The translations under genes were made by a program, and so were the position numbers. From Podarcis melisellensis (taxonomy: Eukaryota), in NCBI GenBank assembly GCA_964234715.1, contig OZ174278.1: a DNA stretch of 64,000 nucleotides; one strand, 5' to 3'. Position 1 is the stretch's first letter, and each line of letters starts with the position of its first letter. Shown here in pieces: positions 33,972-46,673 of the stretch. The notes beneath the pieces were generated by a model that searched no databases, had not been told where the DNA came from, and worked only from the letters and a program-made list of their open reading frames with translations.

Positions 33972-35262
33972 GAACAGAGTCTTCGAAGTACAAAATATAT
34001 CTGTATATTGGCAGTTTTACATGCCGAAGGTCCCAGGTTCCATCCTTAGCAGAGTCTTTGCCCATGGAGGATGCTGTGCTGGCAAAGGAGAGCTGCTGGT
34101 GGTCACAACGGACAGGCCTGAGCTAAATGAGCCAGTGGGCTGAATAAGGCAGGATCATCTGCTGCTATTTCTCCCTCCACCAATGTAAGTGTTTTTAAGA
34201 AGTCTTGTGATGACAGTCCTGGTCCAGCTCAGAAATCCCTCTATAAATCAGTTTCATTTCCACCATCAGTTTCATTTTCAACATTAACCAGGAGAAAACG
34301 TCCAGGTTTTTAAAGCAACACATTGCTCCTCAAACATTTTCTGGAATGTAAAATATGATTTTTATTAAAGGTACTAAAACAGCTCGATCTGTTGAATTGA
34401 GAGGATACTGCATTCCAAAAAGTTAACGGTTTGAGGAAAGAATTATTTTGACTTCCTGATATACCCATCCGTCCCCATGTCCAACCAGAGTAATTCCTTC
34501 CCACCCTACATTTTGGAGCCATCAACATTCGGCTTCCTTCTGGTATAGTGCAATAAGTGAGCAAGTATCACCTGCGCAGAAGTGGTGTGAATGGAAGGAA
34601 CAAAGTAGCACAAGGTACAGTGGTTGGCAAGAAGCTGCTCAGCTCATTGTTGCTACAGGTGGAATTGCCAAGTAGCTGACATGCTCAGATTTCAGGACTT
34701 GAAGACAGCATAGGATACGAAGAGCACGACTGTGTGTGTGGTTAGCTCTTCTACCTTCCACTTCAGATGATTCATGGCACTGACTACCAGCCTTACATTG
34801 CATCAAGACTATTGGTCCATCGGGTCAGTAGGGTCATTGGCAGCAGCTCTCCACTTGAGGGTTTTGGGCAGGAGTCTTCCAGCAGAAGCTGGGGATGCCA
34901 GGGACTGAACTTGGGACCTTCTGCTAAACATGTGCTACATTGTGGAGTTATTTCTGTTTCCCTAATATTTAACATTTGGCATAGCAACCAAAGAGTTCAG
35001 AGCCTTCACCTGCATTAACGCACTGTGATCCTTACGACAACCCTGTAAGGTAGGTCAGCAGTATTATCCCCCAAACTGCTGATAGGGGATTGATGGTCCT
35101 GATGAAAGTGCATGGTATTTATTGAGAGGTACCAATTGTTGCATGATCTTGCATCGACAAATAACAGAAATAAGAACGAATTTTGACCACGTGTGAAAGG
35201 TTTTTGATTAGTCCTGAGATTTACAACTCACTTTTTACTAATTTTCTAGACATTTATCATAA

Positions 35263-35264
<2 letters not shown>

Positions 35265-35294
<30 letters not shown>
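35265..35294. repeat. (GT)15 microsatellite
   Basis: Direct reading. Confidence 0.97.
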
Positions 35295-35298
<4 letters not shown>

Positions 35299-35467
35299 GT
35301 TATGGACTGCTAAAAGGACAGTCTTTGGGTAACAATGTGTTTTAAGGAGGATTTTTAGTCTCTAGTTTTAATGTACAGCAATTCACATACTTGCCCAGAG
35401 TGGCATACACTGTGAGCCTATACAGACAACAATTTTGCCACACATACTAGCACATTGGCTGCTGATG

Positions 35468-35610
35468 CAGTGGCGTAGCGTGGGGGGTGCAGGGGGGGCC
35501 GGCCGCACCGGGCACATCTGGGGGTTAGGGTTAGGGGGCGCAAATCCACAGGTTAGGGGCGCAAATTACTTGCCTTGCCCCGGGTGCTGACAACCCATGC
35601 TACGCCACTG
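35468..35610. mobile_element. hAT MITE, 143 bp, inverted copy of 28471-28617
   Basis: TIR CAGTGGCGTAGC; perfect 8-bp TSD TGCTGATG. Confidence 0.92.
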
Positions 35611-36849
35611 TGCTGATGTGTGGCAGTGTTGATACAGATTGAAAGATACCATGGGCTACTCTACATAGACCCAGTGATGTTTAGATGCACGCATCCTGCT
35701 TTGCAGAGGGTGGCACTAGATTACCCTCAGGGTCCCTTCCAACTCTACAATTCTATATATAATTGTGATCTATTAAGTCTCGAGTTTTGGGATTTATTTA
35801 TTTTTAATTACTTTTTTCTTAAGAGACTATATGAAGATGTCTTTTCAGAGTTCATATATTAAATGCTGAATAGGTCGCAGTCTACAAGTTGCAGAAAACC
35901 AAAATGGAAATTACGTTTAGTGGCTGAAAGGGCTGTGAATAGGATGCTAAACACTGATATTTGCAGGCAACAGAGCTTCCTTTTAATGAAATGGCTTTTT
36001 AAAGCAATCCTTTGCACGTGAGTGGCATAGCAGGTCAAATATGATTATAAAGTACATTCTAGAATCTAGATATCTTACAGAAACTCACAAGATTGCACTT
36101 ACTGGAAACAATTTTTTCCTACAAGTTACATAAAAAATTTGAACTGAACAATTCTTATGTGTATGTGGTGCATTCTGGACAGTTTGCTCATCAAAGCCAT
36201 CACTGTGTTCTTCAGAAGGCATTTGCATGCTCTAAGTTATAACGTTAACCCTTAACTCTCCACTACTGCTTGCTGAATTTATTTTTACATTTGGAAACTA
36301 AAAAAACTATCCAAAGCAAGTTCAGGGAGTGAGACACTCCATCCCAAATTAGTGGAATTAAAAATCAGCCATACTAGCACTCCCTTATTAGGATAGTTAC
36401 ACAAATTTTCCTATAACTTAAAACATGACCTGTACCTGAGAAAACTTTAATCAAAATACTGCTTCACTAACTTATTCCCAAACCTGAAACTGAAGAATAC
36501 AAATGAAGTCTCTGGCATTTCACGAAAGTTCACTTTCAGATAGGCAGTGGTATTTCACACTTCCTAAAGTAGTGCTATCACATATTGGAAGGCAAATGTT
36601 AACTTTGAATTTGTGGCTGTAGCTGATGCAAAGCACCTTTACCGAAAAACAACCTGCTTTGCAAAGTTCTGTTTTGAGACAAGTTTTAAGTGCTGGAAAG
36701 CAATGTGACATGTGGAAAATTAAGAATAAAAAGGGCATGTGAAACACGTATTAATGAGTTTACTGACTATGTGCTGCAAAACCATTGGACAGCCATGTAA
36801 AATGGTATCTTTAACAAGAAGGAAATAAAGAAGTCCTAAATCGTTCTAG

Positions 36850-37251
36850 TAATGATGTATGGAAGTGAGAGCTGGACCATAAAGAAGGCTGATCGCCGAA
36901 GAATTGATGCTTTTGAATTATGGTGCTGGAGGAGACTCTTGAGAGTCCCATGGACTGCAAGAAGATCAAACCAATCCATTCTGAAGGAAATCAGCCCTGA
37001 GTGCTCACAGGAAGGACAGATCCTGAAGCTGAGGCTCCAATACTTTGGCCACCTCATGAGAAGAGAAGACTCCCTGGAAAAGACCCTGATGCTGGGAAAG
37101 ATGGAGGGCACAAGGATAGTGTTCTCGAAGCTACCAGCATGAGTTTGACTAAACTGTGGGAGGCAGTGGAAGACAGAAGTGCCTGGCGTGCTCTGGTCCA
37201 TGGGATCACGAAGAGTCGGACACAACTAAATGACTAAACAGCAACAACAAC
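36850..37251 (+). mobile_element. Bov-B LINE 3' fragment, intronic and antisense to MBNL2
   Basis: Close match to about 11850-12278; (CAA)n tail; TSD AATCGTTCTAG at 36839-36849 and 37252-37262; internal 31-bp deletion. Confidence 0.96.
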
Positions 37252-38603
37252 AATCGTTCTAGGCAGCCTAGTAGGTGGATGCTTTTTCTATTGCTGACAA
37301 AATCAACTTCCTCCAGAGAACAAAGCTTTTTACCTTTGGCAGTAGGCTATGTATTGTGGAAGATCTGTAGGGTGGGTTCTTCAAACACGGGTTTATGTTG
37401 CATCTGATCAGGAGGTGGGGGCACAGAGCTAGGACATGGTGTCTGGTTTAGTCTGGCCTGCCTGTTGTGCTGCCTGCTTTCTGGCTCTGAATGCTAGAGT
37501 CCTCACCTCTGCCTCCAAAAACACTTCACAGCAGAGCACATTAGAGTGGCACAGTCTTCTGTAGCTTGGACTTGATTTGCGGCGCACTGACCACAGTGCA
37601 TGGCTACTGTTGCTCTGTACGAGATTGTTTTGATTTTAATAATGGTCTGCCAGCTTTTGCGACATGCACCGGTCGGCTGCCGTAGTGCTAAGTGCTTTCC
37701 CGTTAAGACATTTGTGGCTATGAATGTACTATTTATTTTAAACTGTGTTTTAAAACCATTTTAAATGGTTGAATCCTGGCCTGAGACCTTATGGTGAAGG
37801 GCTGGTAATAATAATAATATTGGTAGCACGTTTCCAAGCAGTGTGCTCATAATGTGTCATACTATAACCTCCATGCCATTACGTTCCCAAGTATAGCCTA
37901 GGTCATCAAGGCTTGTGGCAGATATATGAACCAACCCCAGGCCCCAGGTATGCAGAAGCAGGCATAAGCTTGCTCAAGATAGGAAAGTGTGTCAGAGGCA
38001 GCTTAGATTTCAGGGCCAGGGCTTAAAGAAAGAGATAAATAGCTGTGACTTTGAGATTGGTGCTAGTGGACTGGAGTAGCCTCTGAGTAAAAGGGCTAGT
38101 AAATAATACTGTGTGTATGTGTATTATCTATCAGCATTTTAGATTGCTTTTACTCGTTTTTATATTTGGTTTACTGTTCGTTTTGTAAGTCACTTCGAGT
38201 CACTTTTTTTAAAAACAAAGCAACTAATGCAATCCAAATCAGGGTGTTCACTGCAGAAAGGTGCCTTAAAAAACAAAGAGCTCCAGGTGATATGAACAAA
38301 TAAATTAAGCTCCAAGGAAAAGATGAGAGAGATCCCTTTGAAAGTACCACTATCTGACCTAGGGGGTGTATTTCTTAATTCTCTCAAATATGGTGATCAA
38401 TCAGATTCTGAGTGTAAGCAAAAAAGGCTGATTCATAATCCATATCCATGCATTCATGCATGTGTGAAACGGCTATCACAAATCAAACACTGCAATATAA
38501 CTTTCCTGTCAACGCACACGGATTTCATGGGGAGAAATATGCTTTTAAAAGAGAAGCACTGTTCATAGTTGGTCAAGTCAGCTGTGCATGTCTTTGCTTT
38601 GCT

Positions 38604-38647
38604 AAACAAACAAACAAACAAACAAACAAACAAACAAACAAACAAAC
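38604..38647. repeat. (AAAC)11 microsatellite
   Basis: Direct reading. Confidence 0.97.
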
Positions 38648-39445
38648 CATGATTGCTTGTTTAGCTATAGAGGGTGGTGAAGTCTACTTTTTCCACTAAA
38701 TGAAGTGTACAGGCCCATTTTTACCCCTCCACACTCCAAACACAAAAGAGAGAGAAGCACTAAATACAAAAGAGCAAAAAAGAGAGGCCAGCTCTGGATA
38801 GTACAGAAAAATAGTGGGACGTTTAATAAAAGAGTAAGTTGCCCAAGATAGATTGGGAGACTCTTGTGTGCCTAAGGAATTTTTGTTCCTGTTTTGAAAA
38901 CATTTAGGGAAGGCAGTCAGTCTTAAACTGTTGCTTTCATCTATTCTCCTACTGCTTCCGCTTTCCCCCTCTGCTCTATACACTAGGCAGATTTGAAGGA
39001 CTGTGTACGAAGATAGCAATAATATGGGGCACACAGTACACAGCTTTCCAAACTCTGTCGTGACACAGAGGTGTGTCGCTCCTTCTGGGGGCTGGAAAAC
39101 TGGTTTGCTAGTAAAACTGAATTACTGTATCGCAAAAGGATGCGTGTCTAAAAGGTGTGCCAACAACATGAGAAGTTTGGAAAGCTCTGGCATAGTGCCT
39201 GAAGGCTTGAGCAGACTTGCTCATTTAAGATCTTGGTTGAAATCTGGCCATTTTACCAAAAGCAAAAAAATAAAAATATTATGAGGCTTCCTAACATCTG
39301 CCACATCTGTTTTGGCTTAGACAAATTGTGCTTAGACAGTTCTGAAGTTCACTATTAGCACCTAACTGATGCACACATTTTGCCCGTGAATGTGAATATA
39401 CAAGCATGCATACGGATAAATTAGAGAAGCACGATTAGAACAGTA

Positions 39446-39686
39446 GAATGGTACCTCGGTTTAAGAACAGCCCTGTTTACGAACGATTCGGTTTACGAAC
39501 TCTGCAAAACTGGAAGTAGTGTCCCAGTTTGCGAACTTTACCTCAGTCTAAGAACGGAATCTGAACAGTGGAAGGGCACCGGCGGTGGGAGGCCTCATTA
39601 GGGAAAGAACACCTCGGTTTAAGAACGGTTTCAGTTTAAGAACGGACTTCTGGAATGGATTAAGTTCATAAACCGAGGTACCACTG
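39446..39686. mobile_element. Tigger-like MITE
   Basis: Degenerate left TIR (TGGTACCTCGGTTTA), right end TAAACCGAGGTACCACTG|TA. Confidence 0.87.
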
Positions 39687-39724
39687 TAGATGTAAAATTC
39701 CTGGGGGGAAAGCGAGGCAGCACT

Positions 39725-40935
39725 CCCTGAGTAAGGTGGCAAGCCAGCTGCAGGTGTGCATGCAGGAAGCAGATTATATTGTCCTATTTTGGTCAGCCTT
39801 CACGCCTGGTCTTAGCACTGAAACAACCTTAGTTGCCCTGACCGATGAGAGAGACTGCAGTGTGACCCTGTTGGCTCTCTTTGCGGCATTCGACACCACT
39901 AACCATGCTGTCCTTCTGGAATGACTCAAGAGTGGAAGTGGAGAGCACTGCCCTTCTGCTTGCAAAACTGCAACCAGAAAGCAGCACTATGTGACTGTGG
40001 CTTCTGAGCTGGGGGGGGGTCTATTCTGTCTCCTTTGCTATCTGACATGCAGCTGTTGAAAGCTGTCATCAGGATTCGGAGCACAGTGTCACCAATATCA
40101 TGATGATACAAAGCACTCCCTCTCCCCATTCCATTCAAATCAGAAAGTTCTATGTTGAACCAGTGCCCAGAAGCAGTGATGTGCTGGATTAAGGGCCAAT
40201 AACCTGAGGCAGAAACCTGATAAGATGGAAGTGCAGTGCGTGGCTAGGTGTTGCTCTAGAAGGAGCTGCTCGACCCTTGAAGGAGCAGGTTCTTAGCCTG
40301 GGGGTACTCCTGGATTCCTGTCAATGGAGCCCCCAGTTGCTAGGAGAGCTTATGCCCAGTTTAGGCTTGTTTGGCAGCTGTGGCTGTTCTTGGACTTGGG
40401 ATAGCCTGGCCCCAGCAGCCATCTCCAGCTTGGACCACTGCAAAGTACTTTACGGCAGGTTGCCCTTGAAGGAGGCGTGGGAGCTTCAACTAGTGCAGAA
40501 AGTGGCTTTCAGGTTGGTGGAAGTACTGCACCGACTCTCTGTGAATTACTGGGGCCAATTCAAGGTGATGTACTGATGCACACAGCTCTAAATGGCTTGG
40601 GATCCAAGGGTCTACATGATATCCCCCACAACACACACAAATCAACCATCTTGGGCTTTATGGTGGACAAGGGAGGCCCTGTTACTGGTGCTGCTACTGT
40701 TGTCCGGCTGCTGCTGACTTGACACAGGGCCTTCTTGGTAGTTGTTCTCTGATGATAGAATACCATTTCAGACATATGTCCCCTCCCTTAACATTTAGGC
40801 AGAACTTAAAAACATTTCTCTATACCCAGCAATTGATGGATACTTGATTCTATTTTTAAAAAATGAATTCCTTTTTCTGTTTTGTTGTTTGGTACCCAGG
40901 TGACTTTAGGAGGAAGGGCAGGAAAATAAATATAG
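39725..40935 (+). mobile_element. Degraded L2 LINE ORF2 fragment
   Basis: Frame-shifted RT motifs SAFTPGLSTETTLVALTD, AAFDTTNHAVLL, SLGVLLDS, SSLDHCKVLYG..LQLVQ. Confidence 0.8.
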
Positions 40936-41347
40936 ATAGACGATAGATAAATCCTCCAGCTGTTATTGCAGCTGACTTTGTCCTTTTGGAGTTTGTTTCA
41001 GCCTTAAGAAAAAGACTAGTTATTTATACTTGCTGTGTGGAGAAAAGGTAGTTAGCATTTGAAAAATGATTTAACACATTACCCCCCCCCCGCCCCACAA
41101 TTCCAAAAGTTAATTGGATCATTCCAGTAGATCACTGCTAAAATGAATGTATATGAGTTGGGTTAATTACACAGTGTTAGAAACAAAAAACAAACAGTGC
41201 AACATTAGACATAGCTATACCATTATTTGCAATAAATGTTAACTCTAAATAAGTGCAACCTGTCCACAAATACTTGCTAAAGGACTACTTCAAAATAAAG
41301 TTTGATGGGTAAAAACATGAAGAAAAAAATTCTCCAGGAGAATTTTT

Positions 41348-41535
41348 NNNNNNNNNNNNNNNNNNNNNNNNNNNNNNNNNNNNNNNNNNNNNNNNNNNNN
41401 NNNNNNNNNNNNNNNNNNNNNNNNNNNNNNNNNNNNNNNNNNNNNNNNNNNNNNNNNNNNNNNNNNNNNNNNNNNNNNNNNNNNNNNNNNNNNNNNNNNN
41501 NNNNNNNNNNNNNNNNNNNNNNNNNNNNNNNNNNN
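41348..41535. other. N-gap (188 nt) at the expected position of the MBNL2 95-nt cassette exon
   Basis: Run of N downstream of the 36-nt exon, preceded on the sense strand by a 164-nt AG-free, YGCY-rich stretch. I did not find the 95-nt exon elsewhere. Confidence 0.8.
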
Positions 41536-41699
41536 AATGAACAGGAGTGTGTAGCATTATGGCAATGGCAGTGGAATTTTGGCATGGTGAATATCAGAGC
41601 AGCAGCAGCAAGCCATCATGGGTTAAACCAGCAGATGGCATGCAATCACAATGCAAAGCAAGAGAGCGTGGCAGAGAAATAAAACAAAAGGGAAAATAG
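41536..41699 (-). promoter_or_regulatory. Intronic splicing-regulatory region: YGCY (MBNL) cluster, UGCAUG (RBFOX), AG-exclusion zone
   Basis: About 13 YGCY tetramers including TGCTGCTGCTGCT, one TGCATG, a TTTAAC branch-point-like motif and no AG dinucleotide on the sense strand. Confidence 0.75.
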
Positions 41700-42820
41700 C
41701 TTATTACAGGTACAATTTAAAGGAAGAATGTCACAGTTATCAACGATTCCCAGAAAAGAATTATTAATTCGTTGTTTTGGTATTTTTTTTAATTTAATAA
41801 TGCTTTCATGAAAATGGCCAGTTCGTTTATGGAAAAGCTGGAGTGGTTTTCCCCTAAAATAACAAAGGTATCCTAGTAGGGGTTCTCTGTCAAAGTTTAA
41901 AAGCCAAGGATGATATCCAGTGACGTCAGCTCCCAGACGTCCCCCTCCTACCCTCTTCTCTTCAGTGCCTGCCCCCCCAGTGCTCCCCAAATCTGCTCTG
42001 GAAGGTTATGAACCCTCATGAGCAGATAGAGGGTACAGGGGGGTGGCAGGGAGTGGGGTCCCATCACACTCATTAGGCATCACCCCAAATATGACAGAAC
42101 TACTGGTATTTGGAATTCATTTATTTTTTAAAAAAACAAACAAACCTAGTTTTCTAAAAATCCCAATTGTCTGGCTCTGAAGGTGCTCCTGAGCAGGCAG
42201 CAGACACCTCTATCTGCAGAATGAAGGTTATTCCCCGGTTCCTGCCTAAGGCTGTGCCAGAAGAGTCCCTAACCCTCCAGTGGGACTTTTCTGGAGGAGT
42301 TCAGGAGGGATGCATTAAGAACGAAGGTGCGGAAAAGCTCCATTTCCTCAAATTTCTCAAACCCTCTGCCTAGCAAACTTTCCTGTCACTGTCCTAGAAA
42401 TTACAATCCTAGAAACTTAATTTTGGGCCGATCTGCTCTCACCTTCTGCCTGCCTGCACGCATGTGACAATGTTCTGACACCTGCTTCTTGTCATCTTTA
42501 CCAAAACCTGCTCTTATATTTGAGCAGCTGGTACTAAAATCCTTAGGCAAGCCTGTGATCATATGACTCTTAAACTACTAGATTCACCTTCGTGTCCATT
42601 TCTGTCACCTCTTCCCACTTCCCATACACACTTGAGAGGAAGCCCCAAAGAATATAGTGGAACATATTGCTCCTAACTGCATATAGGATGGTGGTCCCTG
42701 AAGTAACCCTCCGTCATTTTCTGTTGCCACCTCTGTCCCCCAATATCTGGTTCAGGAGCAATACTGGTCATGTGGGTCTTGCTCAACTTCTGTTCGCATC
42801 AGTTTTGTCCTGCAGCCTTT

Positions 42821-43107
42821 TCTGCTTTATTGGCCAAGGGAGCTGGCGTACAGCTTCCGGGTCATGTGGCCAGCATGACTAAGCCACTTCTGGCGAACCA
42901 GAGCAGCACACGGAAACACCGTTTACCTTCCTGCCGGAGCGGTATCTATTTATCTACTTGCACTTTGATGTACTTTTGAACTGCTAGGTTGGCAGGAGCA
43001 GGGACCGAGCAATGCGAGCTCACCCCGTCACGGGGATTCAAACCGCCGACCTTCTGATCGGCAAGTCCTAGGCTCAGTGGTTTAACCCACAGTGCCACCC
43101 GTGTCCC
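42821..43107 (-). mobile_element. Sauria SINE lacking its 3' tail
   Basis: Close match to about 33100-33386; the ACCTTT tail is absent. Confidence 0.9.
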
Positions 43108-44975
43108 AATATTTCTTTAGGGTACTGCAAAAATGCACACACAATGTGCAAAGTCTTACTTTCCGGGGCTTCCTAACACACTTCCTCGCCTATTTCTACT
43201 TCAGGTCCTGGCAGGGTCCTCTAGCTGTCAACGTTTCCCTTTTTCGAAGGGAAATTCCCTTATTCTGAATAGGATTCCTCGCAAGAAAAGGGGAAAGTTG
43301 ACAGCTATGCCTCTAGCTGCCTTATTCTCTCATTCCTCAAACATTCTTCACCTCCCCTCTTTTAAGTCCCTCAAAACACCTTCCTTGCACTTAACTACAT
43401 CCTTCCATCCATCTATATAAAGTCAGGGTTTGGATGATTTAATCTTATTATAGAGACACGCAATTTAGCTACATGAAAGATGCAGCCCTGCAACCCACTA
43501 GCAGCATATGCATGGACAGCTGCTTATGCAGAAAACTGGCAATCACTGGCCATAGATTGAGACTAATATAAAACTTGAGGTTTAGCAAACGGAATGAGTT
43601 TATACTATCACGCCGAAATAGGAGAGCAACGTGCTTTATTTCCTTCTGAAATGGGAAAGGTTCAATTATGAAAATGAAATAAACTTAATTCTGGTTTCTT
43701 ATGTTCTTATATCAAGCTTACATGTTTTGTCTTTTGAAAAGACAAGTGATACTCATTCACTCCTTTAGATGTATCCTATTGCTTTTTATGACTCTCGGAC
43801 GAAATCTGATTTATTTCACTGTCTGTAACCATTTTCTGAGGGAGCTATCCTACATGAGAAGCTGGCATAAAGGACGTTGGTGCGAGTTAAGCTGTTCAGC
43901 AGCTAAGCCAACCTTAACAGGGCAAAGGGGAAACAGGCCTTTAAAATGGGGTTTCAGATACACCACCTTTTTTGTTAGCTTAATTTATGCTGGGTTGTCC
44001 AGTCCCACGACTGAGCTGGACAGGGCTTAGGATTTAGTCTAACTGCCCCCTCCCTGGTCCTGCCTCCAGAACTCCTCTTGTTCAAAGCTTTCACCAGCTT
44101 CAGATCCAGCTGAGACCTGGCTGAGTCAAGGATGAGGGAATTAGGCTGGCACAGTTCAGCTGGAGATCCACTGGATCCCAACCCGCTCATCCTGGCAGAT
44201 CTTGCTATAAGATTTAGCTAGTATATTATTTGATCCTGAGGAGGAAAGCAGTTATTCTGGTAATTTATTTTGGTTTAGTTTTATAGATAAATTGATCTCT
44301 TATCATAGCATATAGCAGAAGTTTGATTTCAAATGAGTGGTTCAAAGGCAAGGGTCGTAATGAATATTCAGTATTAACTTGGGGAAAGTCTGCTGGGCAA
44401 ACTCTAATTTTATTTTTTTAAACCAGAAAGTGAAAACTTTTCAAATGTTTCAACTCTTGTCAGATATATTTTCAAAAACGGAAAATATTCTTTAGGTCTA
44501 AATATTTTTCTCTACTTTTTACTGCAAGTATTAAAATTTGGATTTCTGGGAAACACTGATAAAACTTTCTCACAACACAGCAAAAAGAAGAAACAGGCAC
44601 ACCACTATGAAACTTTAGAACACTAATGAAATTAGACTGCTGTTTCAATATCTTATGGTTTAATAATGCTAGCAATATTAAATATAGAAAAAGTTTTTTT
44701 CTTTCTTTTGAAAACAGAAAAGCAGCTTGAAATTCATGGTGTTTGTGCTTTTTGCAGTGGGATTGTTATAGCAAGTGATGTTGCATCTAAGCAGCAGGGT
44801 TTTTTGTTTCATTTTTAAAAAACAATTAAGTTGAAAAATTTAACTGTTCAAGCAGAAGTCCAAATGGATCATCAGATTGAGTCAATTGTCTAAGTTATGT
44901 TTCAGTTCCTCAAAACAAAGGAAACTACAGAATACGATTAAAAAAAAGAGATCAATAAAGAAGTTTGAAACCTAC

Positions 44976-45011
44976 CAATACTGGTAGCGGGTGTCATGCA
45001 CAAAACTGACC
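44976..45011 (-). CDS. MBNL2: MBNL2 36-nt alternative cassette exon
   Basis: cccag|GGTCAGTTTTGTGCATGACACCCGCTACCAGTATTG|gtaggt. Encodes GSVLCMTPATSI, the known 36-nt MBNL cassette; phase 1/1. Confidence 0.95.
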
Positions 45012-45434
45012 CTGGGTGTCATGCAATGATAGGTGGAAAAAGTGAATAAAGGGAAGAAACAGGTTAGCTGTTTAGAGTTAACATTCAAAGTGAGATCCAA
45101 GCATCCCCAAGATAAGCCAAAGTTAGTTAAATACAATTTCAAAGAGATCATTCATAGCTTCTTTGCTGTTTTAAAACAGTTCTTCTTATAGTCACTCAAC
45201 ACATTGTGCACATTAATCAAAATCCATATGGCAAAGCCTTTCTTTAGCATTTCCTTTCAGCAACGGGAACTAGCTCTTTAAAAAGCAATCACTTTGAATA
45301 GTCTAGGTTATCCCGCAATGGTCTGTATCACAATCTACAACTCGCAGCTGTTTTAAGCCCCCAAAATGTGCTACTACCAAGATAAACAAGATTACTTCAG
45401 AGCCAATATAGTTAATACTGCAGCCATGACAGAC

Positions 45435-45925
45435 AGGAAATCTGTGCAGACAACACTTGGGAGTAAGTCCCATTGGACTCAGTGGGACTTCCTTCCAAAT
45501 TTGTACAGCACTGAGCTGCCCTCCATCATTTAAACAATTTGCTTTATGCACAGGTAAGATAAATCAGGGTGTTTTTTTTCTGCGTTTCACATTCAAAGAT
45601 AGTTTTTAGCTTGCAATGCCATGCCAACCATGCCTACTCAGAAGGAAGCCCTATTAAATTTAATGGGACTTACTCCCAGGTAAGTGGGGTTAGGACTGCA
45701 GCCTAACAGTGCAATTGTATAAATGTCTTCTCAAAACAAGATTGCACTGAGTTCAGCGGGACCTACTCCCAGCTATAGGATTGCAACCTTAAAGTATTAA
45801 TACTCTACATTAACAAGGCTATTAAGTCTGCTTCACATTATACTCCTAAATACACTTACTAGAGAGTAAGTCCCACTGAACACAACGGAATACACTTCCG
45901 AGTAAACATGCACAGGACTGTACTG
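45435..45925. repeat. Cluster of about four old palindromic MITE-like units (PIF/Harbinger-like)
   Basis: Repeated GAGTAAGTCCCA-loop-TGGGACTTACTC hairpin core with TGCAAT..GGATTGCA ends and TAA/TTA junctions. Confidence 0.65.
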
Positions 45926-46673
45926 TTAGTATGGGTGGGTTTCATTTCTGACCTGATGCAGTGCCTGGCGTACCATTATATATTTTGTATATTCTTTTGC
46001 ATCTTTGCAATAACTCAGTGTTCCCTGGGGCCCTCATAGTTAGGAGAAAACAGGCAGATTGGGGGGGAGGAGGATCTGTATATGTAAAATGTTTTGAAAT
46101 CCCAGCACGTCCTGCAGTTCTATATACATTACCTACAGCTAGCTAGCTAGCTATGAATGACCTTGCCTTGAAGGAACAACCTCCAGTGAATAATTCAATA
46201 TTTCTATTATCATGCTCAATTAAAACCCCCCAAAGAAACTAGTATTTGAGGAAAAATCCTGCTGTTCCTTTGCAGATCATAAAGCAAACCAGGCACCGAA
46301 TTACCAGATGACTATGCTAAAGGCATAATAACTTTACCTATAGCCCACAATCTATTTACTTTAATTCTTCTTACTGTGGAAGAATCAATGAGATGACTCT
46401 AGCATTTGTGGGCAGTGAATGGCAGCAGTAGTGGATCGTGCTATATGCAATATTGAAAAATGGAGACTGGAGCTACTCCGTATTTTTCACATGGCTTGGT
46501 TTAAAAAACAACAACCACAACCTCATATGTATTTTCCCACATTCCCCCCCCCCAAAAAAAGAGGTTTTAGGAGTAAAAATTCCCGTTTTCACATGGGACT
46601 GATATACAAATGTTAACTGGTGTTGTGTTTCTCTAGGTGTCCCTAGAGGCAAGCTCCTTCACATTATTTAGAT

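Noticed and set aside
41277-41682. ORFs spanning the N-run (also 51897..52214)
   Set aside because: Artefacts of translating N as X.
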